In this document: piece after piece, positions 38,945-51,119 of the stretch
Layout: each line of letters opens with the position of its first letter
Position numbering within the stretch: position 1 is the first letter of the stretch
NCBI GenBank assembly: GCA_905207115.1
Contig: CAJLKD010000006.1
Span: 29-64,028 of the forward strand
Length of the DNA stretch: 64,000 nt
Direction of reading: 5' to 3'
Source: Bifidobacterium angulatum
Lineage (GTDB): Bacteria > Actinomycetota > Actinomycetes > Actinomycetales > Bifidobacteriaceae
The notes under the pieces: model-generated
Database searches by the model: none
Told to the model about the DNA's origin: nothing
Seen by the model: the letters and a program-made list of their open reading frames with translations, nothing else
Program-made: the position numbers and the translations under genes

Positions 38945-40909
38945 TCAGTTGCCGTTGGTGGCGTTGCTGGCGTTGGCCTGCTGCACGATCGCGGCAAGGA
39001 AGTCGCGGTTGGATGCCGTCTTCTTCAAGCGCGGCACCAGGGTCTGGTAGGCCTGCTCGGCTTCCATGCCGCCGAACAGACGACGCAGACGGTAGATGAT
39101 CGGCAGCTCCTTCGGATCGGTGATGAGCTCCTCGCGGCGCGTGCCGGAGGCGTTCACATCGATGGCCGGGAACATGCGCTTTTCCGCCAGTTCGCGGCTC
39201 AGACGCAGTTCCATGTTGCCGGTGCCCTTGAATTCCTCGAAAATCACCTCATCCATCTTGGAACCGGTTTCCACCAGCGCGGAGGAGATGATGGTCAGGG
39301 AGCCGCCGTTTTCGATGTTGCGGGCGGCGCCGAAGAACTTCTTCGGCGGGTACAGCGCCTGGGCATCCACACCGCCGGACAGAATACGCCCGGAAGCCGG
39401 TGCCGCGATATTGTAGGCACGGGCCAGACGGGTCATGGAATCAAGCAGCACGACCACATCCTGGCCAAGCTCCACCAGGCGCTTGGCGCGTTCGATGGCG
39501 AGTTCGGCCACGATGGTGTGATCGGATGCCGGGCGGTCGAAGGTGGAGGAAATGACCTCGCCCTGCACCGTACGTTCCATATCGGTGACTTCCTCGGGGC
39601 GCTCATCCACCAGCACGACCATCAGATGCACTTCAGGATTATTGGTGGTGATGGCGTTGGCGATGTTCTGCAAGGTGATCGTCTTGCCGGCCTTCGGAGG
39701 CGATACGATCAGGCCACGCTGACCCTTGCCGATCGGGGAGATGATATCCATGATGCGGCCGGTGAGCTTGTTCGGCGTGGTCTCCTGCTTCAGGCGTTCC
39801 TGCGGGTACAGCGGGGTGAGTTTGTTGAACTGCGGACGGCCCATGGATTCCTCGACGCTCATGCCGTTGATGGAATCGATGGACTGCAGCGGCACGAACT
39901 TCTGACGCTGGTTGCGGCGCTCGCCCTCGCGCGGTGCGCGAATGGCGCCATGCACGGCGTCGCCCTTGCGCAGACCGTACTTCTTGACCTGGCCCATGGA
40001 AACGTACACGTCGTTCGGACCCGGCAGATAGCCGGAGGTACGGATGAATGCGTAGGATTCCAGCACGTCGACAATACCGGCGACCGGCACGAGATCGGCC
40101 TGCTGTTCATTGCGATCATTGCGATCGTTACGCTCGTTGCGTACGGCATCGCGGTTGTCGTTCTCCGCATTGTCCGCGTTGCGGTCGTTACGGTCGTTGC
40201 GCTCGTTACGATTGCGGCGCTCGTCGCGCTCGTCGAAATCACGGTTGCGGCCACGCAGACGACGGCCACGACGGTCGCGTCCGTCGCGCCCCTCGCGGTT
40301 CTCACGCTCGCCGCGCTCTTCACGGCCACGATACGATTCCCCATCGTTGCGGGATTCCTGCTTACCGCCCGGCAGGGACGCAAGAATATCGTCAAGATCG
40401 CGCGCGGTCTCCTCGCTCGGCGCATCCTGATCCTTGCGATGACGACGACGGCGCACGTTGCCGGCGATCAGTTCCTCACCATCAAGCTCATCGTGAATGC
40501 GGCGACGCGGCTTACGCTCCTTGCGATCGCCTTCCTTCGCAGCGTCAAGATCCAGCGTGGCCAGCAGATCCACGGCTTCATGCGCCTTATCCTTTGCGGC
40601 GGTGCGGTCGCGACGGGTGGTATTCTCCGCAGTATCCGCTTGAGCAGGTGCGGCGTCGGACTGCTTCTTGGATTTGGCCTCGGCAGCCTTCTCGCTCTTG
40701 CCTTCCACAGGTTCAGAGGCCTTCGGAGCGCTGGTCTTCGGAGCTTTTACAGTGACACCGGCAGGCGCTTCGCCGCCGGAACGAGCGGCCTGAAGCGTAG
40801 CAAGCAGCTCCGGCTTGCGCATAGTGGAAGTGCCGCGCAGTCCCATCTGCTTGGCAAGCTCCTTCAGCTCCGGCAATTTCATGCTCTCAAGATCTTGGCT
40901 ATTGGCCAC
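38945..40909 (-). CDS. rho: transcription termination factor Rho
   Basis: [39 protein letters not shown]. Confidence 0.97.
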   Translation of the reverse strand: MANSQDLESMKLPELKELAKQMGLRGTSTMRKPELLATLQAARSGGEAPAGVTVKAPKTSAPKASEPVEGKSEKAAEAKSKKQSDAAPAQADTAENTTRRDRTAAKDKAHEAVDLLATLDLDAAKEGDRKERKPRRRIHDELDGEELIAGNVRRRRHRKDQDAPSEETARDLDDILASLPGGKQESRNDGESYRGREERGERENREGRDGRDRRGRRLRGRNRDFDERDERRNRNERNDRNDRNADNAENDNRDAVRNERNDRNDRNEQQADLVPVAGIVDVLESYAFIRTSGYLPGPNDVYVSMGQVKKYGLRKGDAVHGAIRAPREGERRNQRQKFVPLQSIDSINGMSVEESMGRPQFNKLTPLYPQERLKQETTPNKLTGRIMDIISPIGKGQRGLIVSPPKAGKTITLQNIANAITTNNPEVHLMVVLVDERPEEVTDMERTVQGEVISSTFDRPASDHTIVAELAIERAKRLVELGQDVVVLLDSMTRLARAYNIAAPASGRILSGGVDAQALYPPKKFFGAARNIENGGSLTIISSALVETGSKMDEVIFEEFKGTGNMELRLSRELAEKRMFPAIDVNASGTRREELITDPKELPIIYRLRRLFGGMEAEQAYQTLVPRLKKTASNRDFLAAIVQQANASNATNGN

Positions 40910-41227
40910 GTTATATACCTTTCCACAGCATTCGCCAATCGTATTCCCTGACGATTCTGAAGAGTGATTGCGGCTTCACGCCGCGATGAGAATCCGTGGC
41001 AAACCATGCACACGAACTTGCTTCACTGTACAACGCCGCCCCGGACAACGCAACACGCTGTCATATCGTGGTTTCCGTACGCTTTTTGCATCATTGCCGA
41101 CGTGCGTTGAAACGCCATGTTCCACCCCATCGTATGCGTTTCTATGCCAAGAGCGCACCCGAATTCCTTCGGCGTGCGCTCTTGGCATAGATAACGGCCT
41201 ATCGGCGAATCATCGCCTTGTTACCGG

Positions 41228-42853
41228 CTACTTCTCCTCGTGGTAGGACTGGTCGGTGTTCACGGACCAGACGTTTTCCTTGGTCGCCTTGCCGGACTTG
41301 ATATTGTCAACGGCCTCGATGGCGGTTGCCATGGAGTGATCCATGTTGTTGTAGCGATGCTGGCCGTTGCGGCCCACGCAATACAGGTTGCCGAAACCGT
41401 CAAGATAATCGATGACCTCGTCGATACGGTCATACGTATCGAAGTAGGCGGGGTACGCCTTCTTGACGCGTTCGCGATGGGAATCGAGCACATCCTCCGG
41501 TTTTTCGATGACACCCATGCGCATCAGCTCGGAAATGGCGAATTTCACCGCGTCCTCCTCGCTCATGTTCCAGAAGGTGTCGCCTTCCTCGCAGAAGTAC
41601 TCCAAGCCGATCCACACGGTATCGTCAACGTTCTTGACCAGATACGGGCTCCAGTTGTTGAACACCTGGATACGACCGACCTTGTAGCCCGGATCCTGCA
41701 CGTAGATCCAGCAATCCGGCACGATCGGCGGATTGCCGAGGGTGGGAATGTCGGTGGTGTTTTCAAGCTTGAGATGGTTGACCAGCAGGCCGACGGTCAC
41801 GAAATCGCGGTACGGCAGGCCTTCGGCCACCTCGGTGACGGCTTCGGGAGCGGCCTTGGAACCGGTCGCCGCGGCCTCGGTATCGACACCCGCGGCGTCA
41901 ATGGCCTCGACCAGATCCTTGACCGGCATGGAGGAGATGAACTGATCGGCGTTCCATTCGGTACGAGTGCCGTCGGCGGCCTCGGTCACCACGGAGGAGA
42001 TATGGCCGTTCTGCTGGCGCACCTCGATAACCTTGGCATCGGTAACGACCTTCACACCCGCGTTCTCGCAGTTGGATTCCACGGTCTCCCACAGCTGGCC
42101 CGGACCGTACTTCGGGTACCAGAACTCTTCGATCAGCGAAGTCTCGACCTCGGAATTATCACGCTTCTTCGGCAGCAGCTTCTGGAAGGCGTTCTTCAGC
42201 ACACCCATGATGCTCAGGCCCTTGACGCGCTGCGCACCCCAATCGGCCGAAATCTCGGACGGGTGGCGCCCCCACAGCTTCTCGGTATAGCCCTCGAAGA
42301 ACATGGAATACAGCTTGCGGCCGAAACGATTGATGTAGAAGTTCTCCAGATTGTCTTCCGGCAGCTTGTGCACCATGGACTTCAGGTAGCTGAATCCGGC
42401 GACCATGGTCAGCTTGAATCCCATGGCCTTCAAAGTGCCCACGCTCAGGGAAATCGGATAATCCAGGAAGTGCTTGTTCCAGTAGATGCGGGAGACGCGG
42501 TGACGCTTGAGCATCACCTTGTCTTCGACCTCGGGGTCCGGGCCGCCCGGTTCCATGTCATGCTCGCGATTGAGCTTCTTATCATCGTAGGAGGGCGCAC
42601 CCTGCAGCGGAAGCGTGTTCTTCCACCAATCCATGATGCGATCGTCCTTCGAGAAGAAACGGTGGCCGCCGATATCCATGCGGTTTCCATTGTGCTTCAC
42701 GGTGCGGGAAATGCCGCCGAATTCATGGGTTTCTTCCAGAACAGTAACGTCGTACCTATCGGCACCGCCGTCCTTGATCAGTTCCCAAGCCGCGGTCAGG
42801 CCAGCAGGGCCACCGCCGATAATCACTACGGACTGCTTGTCGGTCACGTCCAA
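41228..42853 (-). CDS. FAD-dependent oxidoreductase (protoporphyrinogen oxidase / UDP-galactopyranose mutase-like)
   Basis: [36 protein letters not shown]. Confidence 0.85.
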   Translation of the reverse strand: MDVTDKQSVVIIGGGPAGLTAAWELIKDGGADRYDVTVLEETHEFGGISRTVKHNGNRMDIGGHRFFSKDDRIMDWWKNTLPLQGAPSYDDKKLNREHDMEPGGPDPEVEDKVMLKRHRVSRIYWNKHFLDYPISLSVGTLKAMGFKLTMVAGFSYLKSMVHKLPEDNLENFYINRFGRKLYSMFFEGYTEKLWGRHPSEISADWGAQRVKGLSIMGVLKNAFQKLLPKKRDNSEVETSLIEEFWYPKYGPGQLWETVESNCENAGVKVVTDAKVIEVRQQNGHISSVVTEAADGTRTEWNADQFISSMPVKDLVEAIDAAGVDTEAAATGSKAAPEAVTEVAEGLPYRDFVTVGLLVNHLKLENTTDIPTLGNPPIVPDCWIYVQDPGYKVGRIQVFNNWSPYLVKNVDDTVWIGLEYFCEEGDTFWNMSEEDAVKFAISELMRMGVIEKPEDVLDSHRERVKKAYPAYFDTYDRIDEVIDYLDGFGNLYCVGRNGQHRYNNMDHSMATAIEAVDNIKSGKATKENVWSVNTDQSYHEEK

Positions 42854-43052
42854 TCTCCTTACGTCAAATCATGCATATTCTACTAGAGCCTAAGGAACGA
42901 CGCCCGGCACCCCGCCGGTTCCACATCCTTCCTCCATACATGGCACTGACCATGCCCGCTCTTCCCAACATGCCACTATAGATTCCCCATCGGTCAAAAA
43001 CCGGACGAGATTCCGGGTGAAGCCGACGTCACAGGCAGTACGGTAAGGCGGC

Positions 43053-43367
43053 TCAACCCATATCGTCCGGAATGTCGATATCCGTTTTCTGCACTTCCTC
43101 GACGTTCACATCCTTGAATGTCACAATGCGCACATTCTTGACGAAACGGCTTGGGCGGTACACATCCCACACCCATGCATCCGTCAGCTGCACGTCGAAG
43201 TAGACGTCCTGGCCTGCGGACCGCACGTTAAAATCGACCTTATTCGCCAGGTAGAACCGGCGCTCGGTCTCCACCACGTAGGTGAACAGTTTGATGACGT
43301 CGCGGTATTCCTTGTACAACGCCAGTTCGGCGTCGGTTTCGTAATTATCGAGATCTTCGGCGCTCAT
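43053..43367 (-). CDS. DUF2469-family protein
   Basis: MSAEDLDNYETDAELALYKEYRDV...VVETERRFYLAN. Confidence 0.85.
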   Translation of the reverse strand: MSAEDLDNYETDAELALYKEYRDVIKLFTYVVETERRFYLANKVDFNVRSAGQDVYFDVQLTDAWVWDVYRPSRFVKNVRIVTFKDVNVEEVQKTDIDIPDDMG

Positions 43368-43474
43368 TCCTTTGCCTTCATGTTCCTATGGCGCTACGGC
43401 CATGATGTGCCCGGCCCGCATGCGGGCTGTTTGTTCCAATGCTTCAGACCCGGCCACACGGGGCCAGTGCGAGT

Positions 43475-44527
43475 CTACTTGCCGTTGTTCCTTTTGCGGC
43501 CACGCCCCAGCGTACGCCACCATGCGCCCTTTGACGTCTTGGACTTGCCCTGCGCATACGGCCAGTTCGAGCCCTCGTCGTCGGAAGCGGCACCAGCGGA
43601 GACGGCACCGTCTTTACCTGCCTTAGGCTCATCATGTTGTGCATCATCGCCGCTCACCTTGCCGGCAGACGACGAATCCACATCCGCAGCAACGGGGGCG
43701 GGAGCCGCCATATCGCCGCCAGCCGTTCCCGATTCCGCCAACGCCCCCTGCTGGATGGCGATGGAATGCTCACGGGCGGCCATGGCCTCTTTCACGCCGG
43801 GATTGTCTTCGATCACATGCATACCGAACGCGTCAAGGGAGCGAATCGGATCGAACTCGTCCACCAGAGTGTCCATAACAATCAAATCCTGATAACGATT
43901 CTGCGCAGCGTTCCACAATGCGTCACGCGAACGGCCGGACGGCATGAAGCCAAGCGACTGGTAGACGGACACGGAGCGCGTGTTCTGTTCCGGAACCGCA
44001 ACCCAAATACGATGCATGCCAAGACCCGCCGGCTCAGGGGCGAACCCATAGGTCATCACACGGGGCATGATGTCGCGCGAATAGCCACGGCCACGGTAAT
44101 CCTGACCCAGAATCACCTGAATGCGCGCGGAACGGGCCCAGCCGTCGATATCAATCAGGAAGATCATGCCGATCACGTTGTCGCTTTCCGCGGCGTCGAT
44201 CTCGCCATCGCCATCATGATCGCTTTCGGTGATAATCGACCATGCGATGGTGCGGCGAGCCTCAGGATCGCCCACACCGGATTCAGCCGGCGCCTCGCCC
44301 TTGCTCCAAGCCACGGAACGACGCACCCAGGCGTGCACGGCGGCACGTTCGGCCACGCGATCCTTGCCGGTAATGCCAGAAGCCCCCGGATAGGCATCGA
44401 TCACATCCATCCTGTCGAGGTCTTCGACGGTAGCCGGGCGCAGACGCACCATTTCACCGCGTACGGGAGGGATGGCGATACTGGCCGGCAGCTCTCGGGA
44501 TTCCGACTGTGCAGCATTATCTGGCAT
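43475..44527 (-). CDS. GNAT (RimJ/RimL-like) acetyltransferase
   Basis: VRLRP, YRGRGYS, N..S..VYQSLGF. Confidence 0.85.
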   Translation of the reverse strand: MPDNAAQSESRELPASIAIPPVRGEMVRLRPATVEDLDRMDVIDAYPGASGITGKDRVAERAAVHAWVRRSVAWSKGEAPAESGVGDPEARRTIAWSIITESDHDGDGEIDAAESDNVIGMIFLIDIDGWARSARIQVILGQDYRGRGYSRDIMPRVMTYGFAPEPAGLGMHRIWVAVPEQNTRSVSVYQSLGFMPSGRSRDALWNAAQNRYQDLIVMDTLVDEFDPIRSLDAFGMHVIEDNPGVKEAMAAREHSIAIQQGALAESGTAGGDMAAPAPVAADVDSSSAGKVSGDDAQHDEPKAGKDGAVSAGAASDDEGSNWPYAQGKSKTSKGAWWRTLGRGRKRNNGK

Positions 44528-44798
44528 GTGTATTTCATCCTTGCGTCATTGACATCGTGTGGTTTGCCCACATCCATTCCGACGGTATTCTACCCGACTG
44601 GAGGATTGCTGGGAACACAATAGGATAATAGGCGCATAACGCCCACGAACCGGCGCGAAACCAATAAACGATGGTTTCCTCGTCGTTTTCGACGCATACG
44701 CATCGCAACAAAGCCATGCGGGGCGTGCGCCGGTTTCCCAGCGCACGCCCCGCATGATCGGCGGACCGGAACCCGCCAAAGGATTGAGTCAGATCACA

Positions 44799-46295
44799 TC
44801 ACTTGATCTTGCTCATAACCACCTTGGTGACGGCCTTCGCGTCGGCCTGGCCGCGCGTGGCCCTCATCACGGCACCGATGATGACACCCATCGGCTTCAT
44901 ATTGCCGCTCTTGAGCTTCTCGACAACATCCGGATTGGCGGCGAACGCCTCATCCACGGCCTTGTCGATCAAGCCATCGTCGGAAACGACCTTCAGGCCA
45001 CGCTTCTCGACGACTTCGCTCGGCGTGCCTTCACCGGCGAGCACGCCGGCAACGGTCTGCTTGGCAAGCTTGTCGTTCAGCTTGCCGTCGGCGATCAGCT
45101 TCTCGATCTCGGCAACGTCGGCCGGAGTGATCGGAAGCTCCTCCAAGGTCACGCCCTTGGCGTTGGCCTCGCGGGAAAGCTCGCCCAGCCACCACTTGCG
45201 CGCACCGGCTGCGGTAGCGCCCTCAGCCACGGTGGCTTCGATCAGATCAAGCGCATCGGCGTTGAGAATGTCGCGCATCTGCACATCGTTCAAGCCCCAT
45301 TCGGCCTTCAGACGGTTGCGGCGTTCACGCGGCATCTCCGGCATCTGAGCCTTGATCTCTTCGATATGCTCCTTGGTGATGTGCAGCATCACCAGATCCG
45401 GATCCGGGAAGTAGCGGTAGTCGTCGGCGTCGGACTTCACACGACCGCCGGCGGTGGTCTGCGAAGCCTCATCCCAGTGGCGGGTCTCCTGCAGGATCTC
45501 GCCGCCTTCGGAAAGAATCTGCGCCTGACGGCGAATCTCGTACTGCACGGTCTTCTCGATGCCACGGAACGTATTCACGTTCTTGGTCTCGGAACGGGTG
45601 CCGAACGGATCGCTCGGGTCGCGGCGCAGCGACACGTTCACATCGGCACGCATGTTGCCCTGCTCCATACGCGCGTGGGAGATGTTCAGCGCACGCACGA
45701 TGTCGCGGATGGCACGCATGTAGGCACCGGCGATCTCCGGGGCACGCTCGCCCACGCCTTCGATCGGCTTGGTCACGATCTCGATCAGCGGCACGCCGGC
45801 ACGGTTGTAGTCGACCAGGGAGTGGTCGGCGCCTTCGATACGGCCGTCCGCGCCACCAACGTGGGTGTTCTTGCCGGCGTCGTCCTCGATATGCGCACGC
45901 TCGATCGGCACACGGAAGATGGTGCCGTCGTCAAGCTCGACATCAAGATAGCCGTTGCCGTTGGTCGGCTTGTCGTACTGCGAGATCTGGTAGTCGCGCG
46001 GCATGTCCGGGTAGAAGTAGTTCTTACGGGCGAACTGGCTCCACTCGGCAATCTCGCAATGCAGGGCGAGACCCAGCTTGATCGCATAGTCGACGGCGGT
46101 CTTGTTGACCACCGGCAGGGAGCCTGGCAGACCCAGGGAGACCGGAGTCAGCTGGCTGTTCGGCTCGCCGCCGAAGGAGACCTCGGCAGGGCAGAACAGC
46201 TTCGTCTTGGTGGACAGTTCCACGTGGGTTTCCAGACCGAGCACCGGGTCAAACTGCTTGACGGCCTCGGAGTACTTCATCAGTTTTTCAGCCAT
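44799..46295 (-). CDS. gatB: Asp/Glu-tRNA amidotransferase subunit B
   Basis: [39 protein letters not shown]. Confidence 0.97.
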   Translation of the reverse strand: MAEKLMKYSEAVKQFDPVLGLETHVELSTKTKLFCPAEVSFGGEPNSQLTPVSLGLPGSLPVVNKTAVDYAIKLGLALHCEIAEWSQFARKNYFYPDMPRDYQISQYDKPTNGNGYLDVELDDGTIFRVPIERAHIEDDAGKNTHVGGADGRIEGADHSLVDYNRAGVPLIEIVTKPIEGVGERAPEIAGAYMRAIRDIVRALNISHARMEQGNMRADVNVSLRRDPSDPFGTRSETKNVNTFRGIEKTVQYEIRRQAQILSEGGEILQETRHWDEASQTTAGGRVKSDADDYRYFPDPDLVMLHITKEHIEEIKAQMPEMPRERRNRLKAEWGLNDVQMRDILNADALDLIEATVAEGATAAGARKWWLGELSREANAKGVTLEELPITPADVAEIEKLIADGKLNDKLAKQTVAGVLAGEGTPSEVVEKRGLKVVSDDGLIDKAVDEAFAANPDVVEKLKSGNMKPMGVIIGAVMRATRGQADAKAVTKVVMSKIK

Positions 46296-46328
46296 GATGA
46301 TTCCTTTAAATCCTTTCCGATCCGTCGA

Positions 46329-47873
46329 TCACTTGGCCTGGCCGTCGAGCCAGGAAGCGTTCAGCGACTTCCAGATCGGGCCGTTCCATTCGTCTTCCAG
46401 CGCGGCTTCAAGGGCTGCGGCCGGCTTGTACATCACTTCGTCACGCTGCTGCGGCGCGATGAACTGGAAACCGACAGGCAGTCCGTCGTCGCTCAGGCCG
46501 GCCGGGATGCTCATGGCCGGAACGCCGGCGAGGTTGGCCGGAATAGTGGTGATATCGATGGCGTACATGGCCATCGGATCCTCAGTCTTCTCACCGAACT
46601 TGAAGGCGGTGACCGGGCTGGTCGGGCCAATGAGCACGTCGACCTTCTCGAACGCCTTCTTGAAGTCGTCGATGATGAGGGTACGGACCTTCTGCGCGGA
46701 ACCGTACCAGGCATCGTAATAACCGGCGGACAGCGCATAGGTGCCGAGGATGATACGACGCTTGACCTCGTCGCCGAAGCCGGCCTCGCGGGTGTAGGCC
46801 ATCATGTTGGCTGCAGTCTGCGGCACGTTGTCCGGCGGCATCACGCGCAGGCCGTAGCGCATGCCATCATAACGGGCCAGGTTGGAGCTGACCTCGGACG
46901 GCATGATGATGTAGTACGCGCCCAGGGAGTACGGCAGGTGCGGCAGAGACACCTCGGTGACTTCAGCACCCATCTCCTCAAGCTTCTTCACGCCCTCGTT
47001 GAAACGAGCTTCGACGCCCGGCTGGAATCCGTCGCCGCCAAGCTCCTTGATCAGACCGACCTTGAGACCCTTCAGATCGCGCTTCATGCCTTCACGGGCG
47101 GCGGCGACCATCGGACGCGGGCCCTCCGGAATGGAAGTAGAGTCACGCTTATCATGGCCGCCGATGATCTCCTGCAGCAGTGCGGAGTCGAGCACGGTGC
47201 GGGAGCACGGACCGATCTGATCGAGCGAGGAAGCCATGGCGATGGCGCCGAAACGGGAAACACCACCATAGGTGGGCTTGACGCCGACAGTGCCGGTCAG
47301 CGCGCCCGGCTGGCGGATGGAGCCACCTGTATCAGTGCCGAGGGCCAGCGGAGCTTCGAATGCCGCCACAGCGGAAGCGGAGCCGCCGCCGGAGCCGCCG
47401 GGGACGCGGTCGGTATCCCACGGATTATGCGTGGTCTTGTATGCGGAATGCTCGGTGGAGGAACCCTGCGCGAACTCATCCAGGTTGGTCTTGCCGAGAA
47501 TCGGCATGCCGGCAGCCTTGAGCTTTTCGATAACGGTTGCGTCGTACGGGGGGATCCAACCTTCGAGGATCTTGGAAGCTGCGGTGGTTTCGATGCCCTT
47601 GGTGACGATCATGTCCTTGATCGCGATCGGCACGCCTGCCAGCTCCGGCAACGCGGCCTTCTCCTCGGCGCTCTTGGCATCGAAGGCATCGGCCTGTTCG
47701 CGGGCCTCGTCGGCGGAGACCTTCAGGAAGGCCTGCACGCTCGGCTCGGCGGCTTCGATGACGTCAAGATGCGCGTCGACCAGTTCGCGGCTGGAAACCT
47801 CGCCCTTCTTGATGGCCGCGCCCATTTCGGCAGCGGAAAGCTTGACCAGATCTGCTACGTTCGTCATGCTCAC
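46329..47873 (-). CDS. gatA: Asp/Glu-tRNA amidotransferase subunit A
   Basis: Amidase signature [18 protein letters not shown]. Confidence 0.97.
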   Translation of the reverse strand: MSMTNVADLVKLSAAEMGAAIKKGEVSSRELVDAHLDVIEAAEPSVQAFLKVSADEAREQADAFDAKSAEEKAALPELAGVPIAIKDMIVTKGIETTAASKILEGWIPPYDATVIEKLKAAGMPILGKTNLDEFAQGSSTEHSAYKTTHNPWDTDRVPGGSGGGSASAVAAFEAPLALGTDTGGSIRQPGALTGTVGVKPTYGGVSRFGAIAMASSLDQIGPCSRTVLDSALLQEIIGGHDKRDSTSIPEGPRPMVAAAREGMKRDLKGLKVGLIKELGGDGFQPGVEARFNEGVKKLEEMGAEVTEVSLPHLPYSLGAYYIIMPSEVSSNLARYDGMRYGLRVMPPDNVPQTAANMMAYTREAGFGDEVKRRIILGTYALSAGYYDAWYGSAQKVRTLIIDDFKKAFEKVDVLIGPTSPVTAFKFGEKTEDPMAMYAIDITTIPANLAGVPAMSIPAGLSDDGLPVGFQFIAPQQRDEVMYKPAAALEAALEDEWNGPIWKSLNASWLDGQAK

Positions 47874-48169
47874 TCCTCGCTTCCCAGAATGCGCGGGGCA
47901 ACAAACATGCCCGCCTCGGTCTTCGGGCCGCCGGCAAGAGCCTCGGCCTGGGTCAACGGCGTCTCAGGAACGTCGGGGCGCAGGTACGCTTCCAGCGGAA
48001 TCGGGTTGGCGGTCGGTTCAACATCGTCGGTGGCGACTTCCTGAACCATATCGATGGAGTCGGCAATGACGTTCAGCTCGCCCTGCAGGCGGGTAATTTC
48101 TTCATCGCTCAGTGCGATTCGGGCCAAATCGCCCAAATGCACGATTTCTTCTTTGGTGAAAGTAGGCAT
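47870..48169 (-). CDS. gatC: Asp/Glu-tRNA amidotransferase subunit C
   Basis: [10 protein letters not shown], operon position. Confidence 0.95.
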   Translation of the reverse strand: MPTFTKEEIVHLGDLARIALSDEEITRLQGELNVIADSIDMVQEVATDDVEPTANPIPLEAYLRPDVPETPLTQAEALAGGPKTEAGMFVAPRILGSEE

Positions 48170-48353
48170 GGCTTTAACAGTATCGCGTCTGTGTGACGAG
48201 CACGCGCCCTATTTCATGCCAATTCCAGGCCCCTCACATCGTTTTGGAATCTCGACCGCCCGCGAGCTCGGCCACCACTCGGCCGCAGTTCCGCAAAGCC
48301 AACATGCATACTGCCCGGTGCTGTTATGTCAGTTCGGCCAGCGACCGATTTCC

Positions 48354-48522
48354 CCACCGGCTGGATGAATACGGACGCCCAAAACCCGTCTACCGGCCAT
48401 TCCTCCCACCGACTGGATAAAAACACCCTCTCACATGCCCCTCAGACGCCCAAAACATCCAGCCAATAGGAAAAGCAACCATTGAAGCACCACTCAGACG
48501 CCAAAATCATCCAGCCAATGGA
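48354..48522. repeat. array B of CCA-N5-TGG motifs, 4 copies at 52-53 bp spacing
   Basis: Cores at 48354, 48406, 48459, 48511; 48394-48522 is a direct repeat of 49890-50018. Confidence 0.88.
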
Positions 48523-48820
48523 ATAATCAGGACGCTCGCAAGCCAACCAGCAGTCATTCCCGCCCACGCCCGGAAACAAAGGCGCCATCCATCCGCACTG
48601 AAAAGCCCGTCACCTCTCAGCGCCCGGAAAACCGATTCCTGTTTTGGCGAACACGAACCTGGTAGGCATCTCTTTCAACGCCTAGGAAACCATTCAGCAG
48701 AAGCCCCTCCGCCCTCCCCAATTACGCCAAACCACCCGCCGACACGCGCAGGAACCACGAGTTATCCACAACCGGCAATCAGACTTTCCGAGGGCAGCCT
48801 CCGCAAGATAGCGTCAAATC

Positions 48821-49774
48821 ATGAAAGCCTATCCTCAAGTCGACCGACTGCTTGACCAGTCCGAAAAAATGCAATGCTGCGCCCACAGCACCAATTCACT
48901 CATTCAAAAAGGCCTCTATCGAAGGTATCTTGCGGGCGATCTGGCCAAACCATACCCCGGCCTGTATTCTCGTCACGAATATTGGAATCGTCTAAACGGC
49001 GCCGAACAATCACTGCATATGGCACGCACGCTCAAGGGAATGCACCCAGACTGGGTATTTGCCGGGCTCACCGCAGCAGCCGCATACGGCTTCGAACACC
49101 AGTGGTTCCTTCATCATGAAATAACCATCACGCTTTCCACTCATGGCTCATATCGGCCACATGACAAGCTTCATGTCATCTACAGCCCATACCCAAAGCA
49201 CGATGCAACAATAGCAAGCGGAATCCCGGTCACCAATAAGGCCCGCACGCTTGTCGATTGCGGCAATACGCAGGAATTCCGAGGCGCACTACCAGTTTTC
49301 GATTCCGCAGCCGCAGGCGGGCTCGATGAGGCGGCCCTGATGAAGGAGTGCTCGCTCATCACTCAAGATTGCACGAAAATCATCAAGCTGCTGCGCTACA
49401 CCAATGCTGCAAGCGATAACGGCGGCGAGTCCTTTGCGCGCGGAACGATGATTGAGGCTGGTTTTGCGGAACCGCGGTTACAGGTCGTTATTGTGGATCC
49501 CGCAACCGGACAGCAATACAGGGTCGATTTTCTTTGGCGTACCGACGACGGCAGAAGCATCGTTTGCGAGTTCGACGGTACGGCCAAGTACGTCGATCCG
49601 GAAATGACCAGCAATAGAAGCATCCAGGAGACCGTTCAATTGGAGCGAAATCGTGAGCAAGGTCTTCGTCGCGCCGGAGTCACGGATATCATCCGGCTCA
49701 CGTTCAATGATGTACTGCAGATAAAACCAATGGTGGCAAAACTGCGAAGGTCGGGTGTACCGATGGCCTCGTGA
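48821..49774 (+). CDS. AbiEi-like N-terminal region + DUF559/Vsr-like PD-(D/E)XK nuclease domain protein
   Basis: AGLTAAAAYG, GIPVTNKARTLVD, SDNGGES..R, P.LQV, YRVDFLW, IVCEFDG..KY, E..RE..L...G...IIR. Confidence 0.75.
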   Translation: MKAYPQVDRLLDQSEKMQCCAHSTNSLIQKGLYRRYLAGDLAKPYPGLYSRHEYWNRLNGAEQSLHMARTLKGMHPDWVFAGLTAAAAYGFEHQWFLHHEITITLSTHGSYRPHDKLHVIYSPYPKHDATIASGIPVTNKARTLVDCGNTQEFRGALPVFDSAAAGGLDEAALMKECSLITQDCTKIIKLLRYTNAASDNGGESFARGTMIEAGFAEPRLQVVIVDPATGQQYRVDFLWRTDDGRSIVCEFDGTAKYVDPEMTSNRSIQETVQLERNREQGLRRAGVTDIIRLTFNDVLQIKPMVAKLRRSGVPMAS

Positions 49775-49797
49775 ATAACCTCATCCGTCCATTTCTT

Positions 49798-50018
49798 CTA
49801 CTGGCTGGAGGATTTTGCTTCGCGCATGGCTTCAAAACGGTCAAAACATCCAGCCGCTGGATGAATACGGACGGTTAGAGGCCTTCCATCGGCCATTTCT
49901 CCCACCGACTGGATAAAAACACCCTCTCACATGCCCCTCAGACGCCCAAAATATCCAGCCAATGGGAAAAGCAACCATTGAAGCACCACTCAGACACCAA
50001 AATCATCCAGCCAGTGGA
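49798..50018. repeat. array C of CCA-N5-TGG motifs, 5 copies at 52-53 bp spacing
   Basis: Cores at 49798, 49850, 49902, 49955, 50007. Confidence 0.88.
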
Positions 50019-50291
50019 GGAATCGGGGCTACAAAGGAACTGAACCAGGTGAAGAACCGGGCCAAAAGGAAAAACTGGCTCAGGAGAAAACTGGATCGGG
50101 AAAAACTAAACCGAGGAACAACAAGAACAGGAAAGAATCAGACCAAACGAAGAACTGGACATATGGTGCGACACAGCACGGAGGAATCGCCACGAACAAA
50201 CTACGACCGATACCTGCCGGAACCAACACCGGTGCCGGCCGGCATCCCCAGAAACCGGCACCGGGCAGGTCAACTCCCCCTAGTCAGGCAG

Positions 50292-51119
50292 TCAGCCCCG
50301 AATTGCTGCATGCTGGGCGATCCAAGCATGCATGGAAACGGCGGCCGCGGCACCGGCGTTAATGGAGCGGACCGAGCCGAATTGGGAGATGTAGACCACA
50401 TCGTCAGCCAGTTCGAGCGCTTTTTCGGACAGGCCGGGGCCTTCCGCGCCGAAGAGCATGAGGCAGCGTTTGGGGAAACGGTAGGTTTCCATAGGCACGG
50501 CACCGGGGATAATATCCATGGCGATCACACGGGAGGCTTCAAGCTCGCGAATACGTGCCTCGGCCGCATCAACCTGGGCGGTAGCCGCGGCGACGACAGC
50601 TGTATCGCCATGTACGGCGGCCTCATGCGCATGGAACGCTGCGGCTCCGGCCTCGGCGCGGGCGGCGGCGATCTCACCGGCGATGCGGTTATGCCAGCAT
50701 TCCACCAGCTGCGCGATCGACGGATGATTCTCGACATGCTGGTACAGCTCGGTCATCAACGCGCCTTTGCGGTTCCACTTATGCGGGCCGACGATATGCA
50801 CGCGCCTGGCCTGGAACGCGTTCGCCGTGCGCACCATGGAGCCGATATTGAAATCGTGCGTCCAGTTCTCCACGGCGACTTCGAAATCGTGGCGTCCGCG
50901 CGCATCCAAGTCGGCTTTGATCGCCGCAACCGTCCAATACCGGTACCGGTCGAGCACGTTACGACGATCGCCTTCGTCGAGCAGTTGCGGATCATACTGC
51001 ACGTCGGTCGGGCGAGGTTCACCCGGATGGGCTTCTTCCCACGGGCCTACGCCGACCTCGCGGAATGTGGGTTCGCCGGAGGCCTTCGCGGCCACATCGA
51101 TAGGGTGCGGCGCGTGCAT
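50292..51119 (-). CDS. TrmH/SpoU-family RNA methyltransferase
   Basis: HDFNIGSMVRTANAF, FGAEGPGLS, RSINAGAAA. Confidence 0.9.
   Translation of the reverse strand: MHAPHPIDVAAKASGEPTFREVGVGPWEEAHPGEPRPTDVQYDPQLLDEGDRRNVLDRYRYWTVAAIKADLDARGRHDFEVAVENWTHDFNIGSMVRTANAFQARRVHIVGPHKWNRKGALMTELYQHVENHPSIAQLVECWHNRIAGEIAAARAEAGAAAFHAHEAAVHGDTAVVAAATAQVDAAEARIRELEASRVIAMDIIPGAVPMETYRFPKRCLMLFGAEGPGLSEKALELADDVVYISQFGSVRSINAGAAAAVSMHAWIAQHAAIRG

Noticed and set aside
40100..40520. Arg/Asp/Asn-rich repetitive insert in Rho
   Set aside because: A normal feature of actinobacterial Rho proteins.
44754..48044. Very long opposite-strand ORFs (also 1248-2729, 35335-37815, 38936-40951, 41240-42886)
   Set aside because: Antisense shadows of well-identified genes, expected from high-GC codon bias.
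30157..50018. The 52-bp periodic arrays as CRISPR or TIGR arrays
   Set aside because: Repeats are degenerate and switch orientation, spacers are related to one another rather than unique, and no cas or Nop-domain gene is present.
50030..50160. Purine-rich degenerate repeats after array C
   Set aside because: Low complexity with no consistent unit that I could define.
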